A stretch of 32,000 bases of DNA from Chitinispirillum alkaliphilum (lineage in GTDB: Bacteria > Fibrobacterota > Chitinivibrionia > Chitinivibrionales > Chitinispirillaceae), in the NCBI GenBank assembly GCA_001045525.1, contig LDWW01000005.1, positions 92,919-124,918 on the forward strand, read 5' to 3'. The notes under the pieces are model-generated. The model ran no database searches. It was not told the DNA's origin and was given only the letters and a program-made list of their open reading frames with translations. Made by a program: the position numbers and the translations under genes. Of the stretch, positions 1 through 9,709 are shown one piece after another (within the stretch, counting starts at the first letter, position 1; each line of letters opens with the position of its first letter).

Positions 1-2563
1 AAATGATCTCCTGAAATTCTTCGAATTCTCCACCCGGTTCGAGTGTGACATTTGGATATCGGGGAGCGATCTCGGTATTGTAATAGGAGATAATCTCCTG
101 GTTTATTTGGGTCAGATCAACATTTCCATGTATCTGTGCAGAGACGGTAATAAATCTTCTGCCATTTCTTCTTCGGATTGAGGCAATATCTGTAGTGTCG
201 ATAATAGATGCAACGGTAGAGAGGGGGATCATTTCTCCCTGAGGTGATGGGATGTTGATGGAATTGAATCTGAATGCACTGTTTATTTCATCCTCATCAA
301 TTACCACAATTACATCAATATCTTCATTGCGGTCGAAAATTGTGGTAGCCGTGACTCCGTCGAAAATGGAGTTCAGGTATGTACCGATATAAGAAGCGTT
401 TAGTCCCAGCCGTGAAGCGTTTTCCTGGTTAACACTGACGAAAAGTTCCGGTGTACCTTTTTCAATGTTATCCTTTACGTTAAAGAGCCGGTCTGGTTGC
501 TGCTCCATATATCTTGTCACCTCTTCTGCCACATCAAAAAGGTCTTCATAACTGTCTGAGAAAAATCTCAGTGTAACCGGATCATCAACAGGCGGCCCCT
601 CCTGAATCGTTCGGAACCGTACATTTTCGGCTCCTGCAATCCAGCGCGACTTTTCTTCGATTCTGTTCATTACTTCTGTAACCGGTACGATTCTACCCTC
701 TTCACGCTCAGGCAATTCCACAATGATCTGCCCCAAATTGTCAAGGGTTGTAGCCCCAAGACCCCGGCCACCCTGACCTATGACTGACAGCACCGAACGC
801 AATGTTCCATCCTCAAGGTAGGGGTGAAGGACAGTTTCAAATTCTTGCACTGTGGATAAGGTTCTGTGTCTTGGAGTACCGGGAGGCATCTCTATTTCAA
901 TAAAAAAATAGCTGTACTCTTCGCCTGCAAACAAATCCTGCTGTACAAAATTGAGAATAACAGCTGAAAACAGCAGAAATATAAAACCGATCCCTATTGC
1001 CACATATCGGTGATGGTAGACTCGTCTGAGAATTCTGCTCCAAAGGGATTCGATCTTTAAAAAAAATCTCTTTTCCTCTTTGGTTTTTGAGCTGCTCCAG
1101 TGTGCAAAATGTGAAGGCAGAAGAAGTAAGGCTTCGAAATTTGAAGCCAGCAGTGCAATCGTTACAACCAGTGGGATTACTCTGAGAAATCTCCCAATCA
1201 GACCCGGTACAATCATCAGCGGTAAAAATGCCGCTATAGTGGTGAGTGTTGCGGAAACAACAGGAGAGAAAACTTCATCGGTACCCCTGATCGCAGCCTG
1301 CTCCGGTGAAAGCCCCTCCTGTCTAACCCGGTAACAGTTCTCAATTATTACAATTGCATGGTCAACAATCAAACCCAGCACGAGAACAAGTGCAAACAAG
1401 GAGTTGCTGTTAAGGGTATCACCGGTGATTTCCAGTACTATAAAAGTAATTGCGAAGGTTATCGGTATACCCAAACCGATTATAAACGAATTACGAATCC
1501 CCACAAAATACCAGAGTACGAGGATAAGCAGAACAAATCCAAACACTGCATTAGTGACCAAAACATTTATGCTGCTTCGTATCCTTACAGTGGCGTCGTT
1601 AATGAAAGTAATCCTGAGTCCCTCTTCCAATCCAGGTTTGAACTCCTCAACCAACTGCCTGATATCATCCACAACATCAACAGAAGACGCCCCTGTGATT
1701 TTTGATATTTGAAGGTTTGTCGCAGGTTCAAAATTAAAGCGGGCAACAGGACCAGTCGGAGAAAGAGCTTCGCGTACATCTGCTACATCTGACAGACGAA
1801 CCAAACCCATTTCAGGCGTTTGCTGACGTACGATTATGTCCCCGAAATCTTCCGGCCTCGTTTTTTCTTCAACAGTACGTACCAGATACTGACGTCTGGG
1901 GGTTTTCAGAAAACCCGCCGGCATTCTCACATCAGCACCGCTCACAGACTGAACCACTTCGTCTATCGATAACCTGTAAGATTCAAGAGCACTCTGATGC
2001 GCATTAATACGGATCTGCCGCTCAGGTGCTCCGGTAAGAGTCACCATAGACACTTCGGGTAATGAGGTAATCTCATCCCGCAATCTTCTGACTTCGGTCA
2101 CAAGAGTTACGGAATCTACTTCTCCGTGTAACACAGCTTCTATTACAGGAAGAAAATCTTCACTTGAAAAATCTGTCAGTGTTGGTTCAAGAGCTCCATC
2201 AGGAAGCTCAACTCTCCCAAACCTGGTTTGGGCTTCGCTATACAGCCCTACAAACTCCTCTCTTGAGATCCCCTCCTCGAACTGTATCTGTATGGTGGCA
2301 ATCCCTTCCTGAATAATAGTCTGGACCTCCCGAACGCTGCGGAGGCCATCCATCTCATTTTCCACCGGTATGGCCACTGATCTTTCTATGTCAAAAGGAG
2401 AAGCCCCGGGGTAGGGAACACTTATGATTACCCAGAAAAATGGTACATCACTGAACTGTTCCTGAGGAAGCCGCTGTACACTCTGATAGCCAAGCACTAG
2501 TATACTGATCATCAGAATATTTATGAGAACGGGATTTTTAACAGAAAATGATCCTACACTCAC
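1..2563 (-). CDS. RND-family efflux permease (AcrB-like inner-membrane pump), N-terminal ~854 codons; 3' end lies beyond the left window edge
   Basis: Not in the ORF track because the frame has no stop inside the window. Manual minus-strand translation is open from GTG at 2563 down to position 2. The first in-frame stop upstream is 10 codons before that GTG, and there is no ATG. The GTG overlaps the MFP stop as GTGA. The protein begins VSVGSFSVKNPVLINILMISILVLG, followed by a large periplasmic loop and a TM cluster with LVLGLIVDHAIVIIEN, then a second large loop. This is the RND layout. It is the third gene of the OMP-MFP-RND operon. Confidence 0.85.
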   Translation of the reverse strand, partial: MSVGSFSVKNPVLINILMISILVLGYQSVQRLPQEQFSDVPFFWVIISVPYPGASPFDIERSVAIPVENEMDGLRSVREVQTIIQEGIATIQIQFEEGISREEFVGLYSEAQTRFGRVELPDGALEPTLTDFSSEDFLPVIEAVLHGEVDSVTLVTEVRRLRDEITSLPEVSMVTLTGAPERQIRINAHQSALESYRLSIDEVVQSVSGADVRMPAGFLKTPRRQYLVRTVEEKTRPEDFGDIIVRQQTPEMGLVRLSDVADVREALSPTGPVARFNFEPATNLQISKITGASSVDVVDDIRQLVEEFKPGLEEGLRITFINDATVRIRSSINVLVTNAVFGFVLLILVLWYFVGIRNSFIIGLGIPITFAITFIVLEITGDTLNSNSLFALVLVLGLIVDHAIVIIENCYRVRQEGLSPEQAAIRGTDEVFSPVVSATLTTIAAFLPLMIVPGLIGRFLRVIPLVVTIALLASNFEALLLLPSHFAHWSSSKTKEEKRFFLKIESLWSRILRRVYHHRYVAIGIGFIFLLFSAVILNFVQQDLFAGEEYSYFFIEIEMPPGTPRHRTLSTVQEFETVLHPYLEDGTLRSVLSVIGQGGRGLGATTLDNLGQIIVELPEREEGRIVPVTEVMNRIEEKSRWIAGAENVRFRTIQEGPPVDDPVTLRFFSDSYEDLFDVAEEVTRYMEQQPDRLFNVKDNIEKGTPELFVSVNQENASRLGLNASYIGTYLNSIFDGVTATTIFDRNEDIDVIVVIDEDEINSAFRFNSINIPSPQGEMIPLSTVASIIDTTDIASIRRRNGRRFITVSAQIHGNVDLTQINQEIISYYNTEIAPRYPNVTLEPGGEFEEFQEII

Positions 2564-3636
2564 TGCCAGTCTCCACTTTCGCCGATAACTTCAATATTGA
2601 CACTGTCACCATGATCGATTGTTGTTGTTCCGGATGTAATCACAGTATCACCAACTGAAACGCCACTTCTTACCTCTGCAATATCACCCATCCTTCTTCC
2701 AAGTCTTATATCTGTTCTTTGGGCTGTATGAGAGCTGAAGTGGTATACGGAGAATTTGTCATTGTTTCTGATCAGTGCTGCGGATGGAATTAGCAGAACT
2801 GAATCTGCTTCGGTCGTTCTTATTCTCACATTTGCACTCATACCTGAGCGGATACGGGAATCGTTGTTGTCAAACTCTACGACTACCGGATAACTTCCAC
2901 TTGCTGGTCTTGCCCCCGCTGAGACAGCTTTTACAATACCATGGAAAACAGAATCGCCCTGAATCGCAGGTACAGCCACCTGTGCGTCTGCACCTGCCTG
3001 AATCAGCCCTATTTCTTTTTCGCCAACTGCTAAATTTATCCGAAACTTGGATTTGTCGATTATCCTGGCTACCAGGGACCCGGGACTGATATAGTTGCCC
3101 AGAGATATCCCCTGCTCCTTTGATGCGACTTCTCCTTCAATGGGAGAGCGTACCCGGGTGTTTTGAAATCTCTGCCTTGCTGCCTCAAAAGAAGATCGTG
3201 CACCACTGTAGGCACTCTGCGCTTCCTCATATTCACTGCGGGATAGTATGTTTTGCTCAAAGAGGCGCCGGGAAGCCTGCAGATTCAGTTCAGCTGCTCT
3301 TAGCTGCTCCTGAGCCTGATTCATTGCAAACCTTGCCTCATCTCTGTCAACGGAGACAAGTACACTGTTTTTCTCTACCCTGTCACCAATTTCAAAATTA
3401 TCAAACAGTATTACACCTTCCGTTTCAGAGATCACCGTCACTTCATTTCTTCCTGCAATAACTCCCGATTTTTCAAGCCAGGGATTAAAAATCCCCCTCC
3501 TCAGGATAACTCCTTCAACTGTGGAGGGATTTGTTCCACTTTGTTGCTGATCTGTACTACCTTCCTGATTATTACAGGATATCAGAATGAAAATCACCGA
3601 TATAAAGATGATGCTTTTCATGCAATCCGGTTTCAT
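2560..3636 (-). CDS. RND efflux periplasmic adaptor (membrane fusion protein, HlyD/AcrA family), lipoprotein
   Basis: 358-aa ORF. The N-terminal signal carries the lipobox LISC (MKPDCMKSIIFISVIFILISC). A central alpha-hairpin/coiled-coil segment (QAQEQLRAAELNLQASRRLFEQNILSRSEYEEAQSAYSGARSSFEAARQRF) is flanked by beta-rich segments, as in adaptor proteins. It is sandwiched between the OMP and pump genes, and its stop overlaps the pump start. Confidence 0.85.
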   Translation of the reverse strand: MKPDCMKSIIFISVIFILISCNNQEGSTDQQQSGTNPSTVEGVILRRGIFNPWLEKSGVIAGRNEVTVISETEGVILFDNFEIGDRVEKNSVLVSVDRDEARFAMNQAQEQLRAAELNLQASRRLFEQNILSRSEYEEAQSAYSGARSSFEAARQRFQNTRVRSPIEGEVASKEQGISLGNYISPGSLVARIIDKSKFRINLAVGEKEIGLIQAGADAQVAVPAIQGDSVFHGIVKAVSAGARPASGSYPVVVEFDNNDSRIRSGMSANVRIRTTEADSVLLIPSAALIRNNDKFSVYHFSSHTAQRTDIRLGRRMGDIAEVRSGVSVGDTVITSGTTTIDHGDSVNIEVIGESGDWQ

Positions 3637-3662
3637 TTACGACTCTTTTCTCTTGTAAATAT

Positions 3663-5000
3663 TTATGGGTTGGGGAATGGTTTGAGCGTTCCTGCTGCCC
3701 TTTCAAATTCATACCTGTTGATAATTGCATTGGCCATACCTGAAAGGTAAACCATCTCTGCGGATTCCAGTTGTACTCTGGTATCGAGCAAATCAAGTAT
3801 ACCCACTACCCCCGCCTCATACCTCAGCTCCATCATTTCTAAAGTCTTCTCCATCAGCTCCAGTCTGCTGCGTGCGGCCTCCACTTCAAGAACCGCACTT
3901 TCAAACGACATTTCTGTTTCTAAAACTGAAGCTCTTGTATTTTCAAGCAACTGCTGATAAGTGGTTTCCATAGTGGTGTGCTGATTTCGCGCTGCACGGT
4001 AATCGAAATATCTTTGTCCTCCGGCAAAGAGATCCAAATCCATTCTTATCCCATATCTCCAGAACCCCTCCTCCTGAGGAAAAAAGTTATCATCAGGAAG
4101 CCAGTCATATTGGAAAAAAGCATTGATACGTGGCAGAAACGGGGTCAGCGCCAGCTGAACGGTTCTGCGGCTTACACTGAGCTCTTCACGGGCGGCTAAA
4201 ACAGAAGGATTTTCCTCAACTGAAACGGGTGAAGGGGGCTGGATTTCCCCATACAGCTCTTGTAGCAGATTTTTATCCTGCAGCTCAAAAGGTACCCTTC
4301 TTGTTACAGGCTCCCCGATTGCAAAAAGCAACTGAACAAGGGCGCTCTGAGCATTTACCCGTGACTGTGCTATGTCTGCTCTGCGCTCAAAAACCTCACC
4401 CTGCCAACGCAACAGTTCACTTTCTGGCAACACACCCTCTTCAAAACGTATCCTTGCCCTTTCAAGACTCCCTTCCACCCACTGGAGGCCGAGACTGTCT
4501 ATCCTCATCTGCTCTTTTAGTATGATTGCATTGAGGTAAAGGGAACGAATCTGAAGAAGCATATCCTGCTTTGTTTCCTCTACCCTGTGACGGAGTGCCG
4601 ATAGAGTGTTTTTTGCCATAAGGGTACTGACAATCTCTGCTCCGGAGTTGAAAATTGGCTGGGTTACTGAGAGCTGGTGCTGGAATCCGTCCTGGGCAAA
4701 TAATCCCGGCTGGGCACCTGGTACACCAATCTCCCCGGGTGTTCCGTTGGGAGGCGGTATATCAATGTCTTCAGCCTGTATCCAGTTTGTAGAGAATGAG
4801 ACGTTCGGCAGAAAAGAAGCAAGTGCGCTATAGCGTTCCCATCTGGCAGATTCCTGTTCGAATTGCGAAATGAGGAGCTGGTAGTTGTTTTGCAGCCCGC
4901 GCTGTTCTGCTTCCGGCAGAGTGAGAAAATGTTCTGCAACTCCAGCCTGAAATGACAAAAAAATTGAAAATAGCATGTATAAGACTGGCTTTTTCATCAT
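3663..5000 (-). CDS. TolC-family outer-membrane efflux protein
   Basis: 445-aa ORF with a signal peptide (MMKKPVLYMLFSIFLSFQAGVA). Long helical segments alternate with short beta segments in two internal halves, typical of outer membrane efflux proteins. It is the first gene of the efflux operon, 26 bp upstream of the MFP gene. Confidence 0.8.
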   Translation of the reverse strand: MMKKPVLYMLFSIFLSFQAGVAEHFLTLPEAEQRGLQNNYQLLISQFEQESARWERYSALASFLPNVSFSTNWIQAEDIDIPPPNGTPGEIGVPGAQPGLFAQDGFQHQLSVTQPIFNSGAEIVSTLMAKNTLSALRHRVEETKQDMLLQIRSLYLNAIILKEQMRIDSLGLQWVEGSLERARIRFEEGVLPESELLRWQGEVFERRADIAQSRVNAQSALVQLLFAIGEPVTRRVPFELQDKNLLQELYGEIQPPSPVSVEENPSVLAAREELSVSRRTVQLALTPFLPRINAFFQYDWLPDDNFFPQEEGFWRYGIRMDLDLFAGGQRYFDYRAARNQHTTMETTYQQLLENTRASVLETEMSFESAVLEVEAARSRLELMEKTLEMMELRYEAGVVGILDLLDTRVQLESAEMVYLSGMANAIINRYEFERAAGTLKPFPNP

Positions 5001-5099
5001 AGGTTAATCCGTCTAAACAATGCTGAAACGGTTTGGCGGGATTTAGTAATGCAAGAGTTATGCCGGGAAGTGGGGGGAGAGTATGTGTGTGAAGAATAA

Positions 5100-5131
5100 C
5101 TGGTGGAATCAAAACAAAAGAACTCCACCAG
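5100..5131 (-). terminator. Candidate hairpin terminator downstream of the phosphofructokinase gene
   Basis: 8-bp perfect inverted repeat CTGGTGGA / TCCACCAG with a 16-nt loop, about 25 nt after the pfk stop. On the minus strand it is followed by TTATTCTTC, which is only weakly U-rich. Confidence 0.35.
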
Positions 5132-5154
5132 TTTGCAGACTTACAAAAAAAATT

Positions 5155-6489
5155 TTATTCCTGACCCCGGTTGCTCATCACAAGAGGCTGACCCGTTGTC
5201 TGAAGGACATCTCTCCATAAAGGACTTTCCGGGTCGATACTGTTCTTCTGGGAAACAGCAAGCTCAATTGGGATGTGAACGAAATTGTTGTTGATAAGGC
5301 TAATCAGCATTCTGCTTTTTCCTGCCATTGCCGCATGAACTGAATTGGTGCCCAGACGGGTGCAGTAAACTGAGTCGATGGGGTTAGCGGGAGTTGATCG
5401 AATGATATAGGAGGGGTCGATATATTTAAGGTTAATATCGACATTTTGTTTTTTGAAATACTGGGTAATCTGGTTTTTAAGAAAGATGCCGATATCACCA
5501 AGTTTGATATTCCCCGAAGCGTCTCTTTCTACAGGCTCTCTGTCGAGCAGTTCCTGTCCTGCCCCCTCAGCCACAACGATAAGTGCATGATTTCTTGTTT
5601 CCAAACGTCTGTGAATCAGGGAAAACAACCCGTTTTCCCCCTCCAGATCAAAAGGAACTTCCGGTACCAGTACAAAGTTGACATCATTGCTGCCCATAGC
5701 TGTGTAGGCAGCGATAAAGCCTGATTGTCGCCCCATCAGTTTTACAATCCCGATCCCGTTGGGGGCATCGTGTGCCTCGACATGGGCACCATGCACAGCT
5801 TTAACTGCTTCGCTGACCGCAGTTTCGAAGCCAAAGGATTTCTGTATGAAGCTTAGGTCATTGTCTATGGTTTTTGGAATACCTATGACTGATATGGCAA
5901 GACCACGCCTCTGTGCCTCCCGGGCAATATCCAAAGATCCCTTTTGGGTACCGTCACCGCCGATTGTAAAAAGCACATTGATTCCGTTCTTTTCGAGTGA
6001 ATCGACGATTTGGGCAGTTCTGTCACCGTGTCCCCGGGAAGAGCCCAGAATAGTTCCGCCCATTCTGTGTATGAAACCAACTGTTTTGGGGTTTAGTTCT
6101 ATGAAAGGCTCCTCGTTTTCAGGCATAAACCCCTGATACCCAAACCTCACACCAGAAATTCGCCTCACACCATATTGGTGCCACAGACTCATAACGATTG
6201 ACCGGATTACATCGTTGAGTCCGGGACAGAGCCCTCCGCAGGTGGCGATTGCAGCATGCACCCTCGAAGGATCGAAAAAGAGGTGTTTTCTTGGACCTGC
6301 TTTCTCGATTAGATTTTCTCTTCTGAAAGTAACGGTGTCGCCGGGCTGGTAATGGGGGTCATTGATGATAAATTCTTCATCACTTACGTAATTGGCGATC
6401 ATATCACCCGTTACGGTGGAAAGGTTAAGCGGTGATGGATACCTGCACTCTCCAAGAGTGGGTATGGTAAAATCATATGATTCTGTCAT
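5155..6489 (-). CDS. pfkA: 6-phosphofructokinase, long (~445 aa) PfkA-family clade
   Basis: PFK family motifs are present: GGLCPGLNDVIRSIV, TIGGDGTQKG, GIPKTIDNDL and MGRQSGFIA. The ORF track starts at 6525, but the ATG at 6489 (MTESYDF...) is preceded by AGAGGA with a ~9-nt spacer, so I prefer it. Confidence 0.85.
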   Translation of the reverse strand: MTESYDFTIPTLGECRYPSPLNLSTVTGDMIANYVSDEEFIINDPHYQPGDTVTFRRENLIEKAGPRKHLFFDPSRVHAAIATCGGLCPGLNDVIRSIVMSLWHQYGVRRISGVRFGYQGFMPENEEPFIELNPKTVGFIHRMGGTILGSSRGHGDRTAQIVDSLEKNGINVLFTIGGDGTQKGSLDIAREAQRRGLAISVIGIPKTIDNDLSFIQKSFGFETAVSEAVKAVHGAHVEAHDAPNGIGIVKLMGRQSGFIAAYTAMGSNDVNFVLVPEVPFDLEGENGLFSLIHRRLETRNHALIVVAEGAGQELLDREPVERDASGNIKLGDIGIFLKNQITQYFKKQNVDINLKYIDPSYIIRSTPANPIDSVYCTRLGTNSVHAAMAGKSRMLISLINNNFVHIPIELAVSQKNSIDPESPLWRDVLQTTGQPLVMSNRGQE

Positions 6490-6627
6490 TTTCTTGTATC
6501 CTCTGTTTAGGTATCTTAAAAACAAGTTACGTTACATGTCTTTACATGAGATTATTTGCAAAATCTCAACCCCAAGAGGTAAACTAAGGCTCAAGGGAAC
6601 CCCCCCAAAAAACAAAAAGAGTGCCAA

Positions 6628-7929
6628 TTACCTGGCCCTGCGCTCCACACTCATGGCATGGTGTACGAAATTCTCCTCTCTGGCAAAAACAGAAACCAGT
6701 GAAGCCACATTGTTCAGACCTGAAGAGCTTATCTGCGCAACTGAAATCCTTTTCTGGAAACTTTCCACCCCAAGGGGCGAGGCAAAACGGGCCGCACCGT
6801 TTGTCGGAAGAACGTGATTTGTTCCGATCATGTAATCTCCAAGAGCCACGGGGGTGAACGGGCCGAGAAAAACCGCAGATGCATTGGTGATTTTGCTCAT
6901 ATCCTTTGAAGCGGTTTTGGTTATAATCTGAAGGTGCTCCGGAGCTATACGGTTTGAAAGCTCTATACTCTCATCCCTTGATGCGGTTGTAAAAACCGTG
7001 ATTGCATGGGGTGGAAGTTTGTCAAGTGTCTTTTTTACCGGTGAGATGGCGGCCTCCTCAACCACCGCACTGGCGACCTCTTTGGCAAATGAGTCACTTT
7101 CAGTTATACAGATCGCGGTTTCATCCCCGCTTCCATGTTCTGCCTGTGCCAGAAGATCAAGAGCTACCCACTGGGGATCAGCGGTTTCGTCTGCTATCAC
7201 TACAACTTCACTGGGCCCTGCAACAGAATCAATGTCCACCTTACCATATACCATCCTTTTTGCTGTCTGGACGTATGCATTTCCCGGTCCCACAATTTTA
7301 TCCACTGCAGGAACCGATTTTGTCCCGTAGGCAAGAGCCCCCACTGCATGGGCTCCGCCGATTCTGTACACTTCACCCACTTTCAGGTAATCAAGAGCGT
7401 AGGCAATAGCAGGATCAAGATCCCCTCTGACGGGAGTCACCGCTGCGATCTCCCTCACCCCGGCAAGACGTGCGGGTATTACACTCATAAGTACGCTTGA
7501 AGAGTAAGCGGTGTAGCCCCCCGGTATGTATACCGCTACCCTCTGCAGTGCTCTGATTTCCTGGCGAAGAGTACCCTCTGCGGTTTTGTGAGTAAATGTT
7601 TTGCACCCTTGATTGCGGTGGTAGGCTTTGATTCTTTTCGCTGCTTCACGAATCGCCCGTTTGAGTTTTGGGGATACCAGTGCGGCCCGTGTCTTTATCT
7701 CTTCTGGACTGATTCTGATATTTCTACCTGAGATCGTTACACCGTCGAATTTCTTACAGTACTCAAACAGTGCCTTGTCACCCCTTTTTTGGATATCCCT
7801 GAGTATGGTTTCAACAGTTGCGCTGACCTGGTCATCTCTTCTCTGGCGTGCGCTTTCAATCTGTTTAAGAAATTTTATACCTGCCGGGCTGTTTACCTTA
7901 ACAATGGGAATGCTTCTCTGCCGTGACAT
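6628..7929 (-). CDS. hisD: Histidinol dehydrogenase
   Basis: Strong HisD signature: RIGGAHAVGALAYGTKSVPAVDKIVGPGNAYVQTAKRMVYGKVDIDSVAGPSEVVVIADE...LLAQAEHG. The track ORF starts at 8037. The ATG at 7929 (MSRQRSIPIV) has an AGGAG site 6 nt upstream and gives a normal ~433-aa length. Confidence 0.9.
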   Translation of the reverse strand: MSRQRSIPIVKVNSPAGIKFLKQIESARQRRDDQVSATVETILRDIQKRGDKALFEYCKKFDGVTISGRNIRISPEEIKTRAALVSPKLKRAIREAAKRIKAYHRNQGCKTFTHKTAEGTLRQEIRALQRVAVYIPGGYTAYSSSVLMSVIPARLAGVREIAAVTPVRGDLDPAIAYALDYLKVGEVYRIGGAHAVGALAYGTKSVPAVDKIVGPGNAYVQTAKRMVYGKVDIDSVAGPSEVVVIADETADPQWVALDLLAQAEHGSGDETAICITESDSFAKEVASAVVEEAAISPVKKTLDKLPPHAITVFTTASRDESIELSNRIAPEHLQIITKTASKDMSKITNASAVFLGPFTPVALGDYMIGTNHVLPTNGAARFASPLGVESFQKRISVAQISSSGLNNVASLVSVFAREENFVHHAMSVERRAR

Positions 7930-8591
7930 TACAATCTCCTGTTTGGTTACGGAATGTGAATCTATTAAGATACTTTTCACACCTGTTTTGGGCAAGAAGG
8001 ATTCGAAATGCGGAACAAAAGAATCGGACTGTTTCAAAACGATGTATTAACGGGTCAGATAGTTTTGAAGCTCTGAAGCCTTCGCTCTGATAATCCCAAA
8101 CACCCAGTTTTCCAGATTAAGGATTGGTATTTAGAAGTAAAGAAAGACTTAAAAACGGTATAATTGAATCGGTGGAAAGAGCAGAATCAATTGTGAAATT
8201 GTAAAAGAACTGAAATGGACAGAAGATATTGAGTTTTTTGTAAGATGTGTCCGGGTTGACAATAAAGAGGCGGGTTTTACCCCTGAAATCCGGGTGATAA
8301 GTTGAAGCTGGGAGCTTGTGTATCATTATTTTTTTCCTTCCGGTTACAAACTGAAAATCAGCTCTGTGGCATTCTTATCCTAAGAGCAAGCCAATGCCGG
8401 GTCAGGATAGACCAAACCCACTGTAACCTTTTCGCTTCGTAGGGACCCGGGGTGGTCTGGGGGAAAATGTGGTGCATTTACGTTTTGCTTTGGGGTTGCA
8501 TAACAGATATAGTCGCTGTACATGTTTTCTTTCCATTTCTCCATGGACAGAGCTTATTTTTCATAATTAAAACCCCTCAATCCAAAAATCA

Positions 8592-8611
8592 CCGGAAGAG
8601 ATATGTTCCGG
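8592..8611. promoter_or_regulatory. Perfect palindrome CCGGAA-N8-TTCCGG, 21 nt upstream of the recA start codon (candidate operator or 5'-UTR hairpin)
   Basis: Read directly: CCGGAA GAGATATG TTCCGG at 8592-8611. The recA SD (AAGGAG) is at 8621-8626 and the ATG at 8633. It does not match the SOS-box consensi I know (CTGT-N8-ACAG; GAAC-N4-GTTC), so its function is unproven. Confidence 0.25.
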
Positions 8612-8632
8612 CATAATTGTAAGGAGTTATCC

Positions 8633-9709
8633 ATGGCCAGGAAAAGCGCCTCATCCAGTGCAGATACAGAAAACAAAAATAAAAACAGTGTTATAGAACA
8701 GGCAGTAAGTCAGATAGAGAAGATGCATGGCAAGGGTTCCATAATGCGTCTTGGGACTCAAAGCCTTGAGACAAATATCCCTGTCATCTCTACCGGTTCA
8801 ATTTCGCTTGACACCGCTTTGGGGGTGGGAGGTTTTCCCAAAGGGAGGATAATCGAAATTTACGGCCCTGAATCATCGGGTAAAACCACCGTTGCACTTC
8901 AGGCCATTGCAAATGCCCAGAAAAAAGGTGGTATTGCGGTACTCGTTGATGCGGAGTACGCCTTTGATGCAACATATGCCAGAAATCTTGGAGTGGACAT
9001 AGACAATCTGCTGGTTTCTCAGCCAGATACCGGAGAGCAGGCTCTTGAGATTGTTGACACTCTCGTTCGCAGTGGTGCTATAGATATAATTGTAATAGAC
9101 AGTGTGGCTGCGTTGGTTCCCGCAGCAGAGATCGAAGGGGAGATGGGTGACAGCCATATGGGGCTTCAGGCGCGTCTTATGTCTCAGGCTCTGCGAAAAC
9201 TCACCGCCTTGAGTTCCAAGTCAAAAACCTGTCTGATTTTTATCAACCAGCTGCGTATGAAAATTGGCGTGATGTTTGGGAACCCTGAAACCACCACCGG
9301 TGGTAATGCTCTGAAATTTTACTCATCTGTCCGTATAGACATCCGGCGCATTGCAGCAATCAAGGATGGTGACAGTGTGGTTGGAAACCGCACCCGGGCA
9401 AAAGTGGTGAAAAACAAAGTGGCACCACCGTTTAAAGAAGCAGAGTTTGATATTCTCTACGGAAAAGGGATCTCTGTTGAAGGGGACATTCTTGACCTTG
9501 GCGTTGAACTGGGAGTCGTTGATAAAAGTGGAGCATGGTTCTCCTACGAGGGTGAGAGATTGGGTCAGGGAAGAGAAAAAGCCAGAGAGTTCCTTAAGGA
9601 GAACAAGGATATACTCAAAAACATAGAAACCAAAGTACGAGACATATGTCAGGCTAAAAGATCATCAATGGCACCGGTGCCTGAAGAAGTCTCGGAGCTG
9701 ACTGAATAG
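8633..9709 (+). CDS. recA: Recombinase RecA
   Basis: Walker [17 protein letters not shown], the L2 region [35 protein letters not shown] and overall RecA collinearity. The ATG at 8633 (MARKSASS...) has AAGGAG 6-7 nt upstream. The track's 8603 start adds 10 unsupported residues. Confidence 0.97.
   Translation: MARKSASSSADTENKNKNSVIEQAVSQIEKMHGKGSIMRLGTQSLETNIPVISTGSISLDTALGVGGFPKGRIIEIYGPESSGKTTVALQAIANAQKKGGIAVLVDAEYAFDATYARNLGVDIDNLLVSQPDTGEQALEIVDTLVRSGAIDIIVIDSVAALVPAAEIEGEMGDSHMGLQARLMSQALRKLTALSSKSKTCLIFINQLRMKIGVMFGNPETTTGGNALKFYSSVRIDIRRIAAIKDGDSVVGNRTRAKVVKNKVAPPFKEAEFDILYGKGISVEGDILDLGVELGVVDKSGAWFSYEGERLGQGREKAREFLKENKDILKNIETKVRDICQAKRSSMAPVPEEVSELTE

Noticed and set aside
1080-1779. 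Track ORFs 1080-1334(+), 1358-1705(+), 1404-1712(+) and 1585-1779(-)
   Set aside because: All lie inside the hand-translated RND pump reading frame (minus strand, open from 2563 to the window edge). That frame has unmistakable RND sequence character. These ORFs are antisense or off-frame shadows.
7930-8037. N-terminal extensions given by the longest-ORF rule: hisD to 8037, recA from 8603, alaS from 9756, NmrA-like from 13321, coiled-coil gene to 23579
   Set aside because: In each case an internal ATG reproduces the canonical family N-terminus and/or has a strong SD at proper spacing. The extended starts are TTG/GTG or lack an SD and add non-conserved residues.
8117-8326. 69-aa minus-strand ORF in the hisD-recA spacer
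   Set aside because: It has low-complexity, AT-rich codon composition (FFYNFTIDSAL..., LSLSLLLNTNP), no SD and no recognisable features. It is most likely a chance ORF in an AT-rich intergenic region.
8444-8460. T-box-like string GGGGTGGTCT upstream of recA/alaS (alaS is T-box regulated in some Firmicutes)
   Set aside because: It matches the T-box core GGGTGGTAC at only about 7 of 9 positions. I found no downstream terminator strand complementary to it, no stem I/specifier features, and recA lies between it and alaS.
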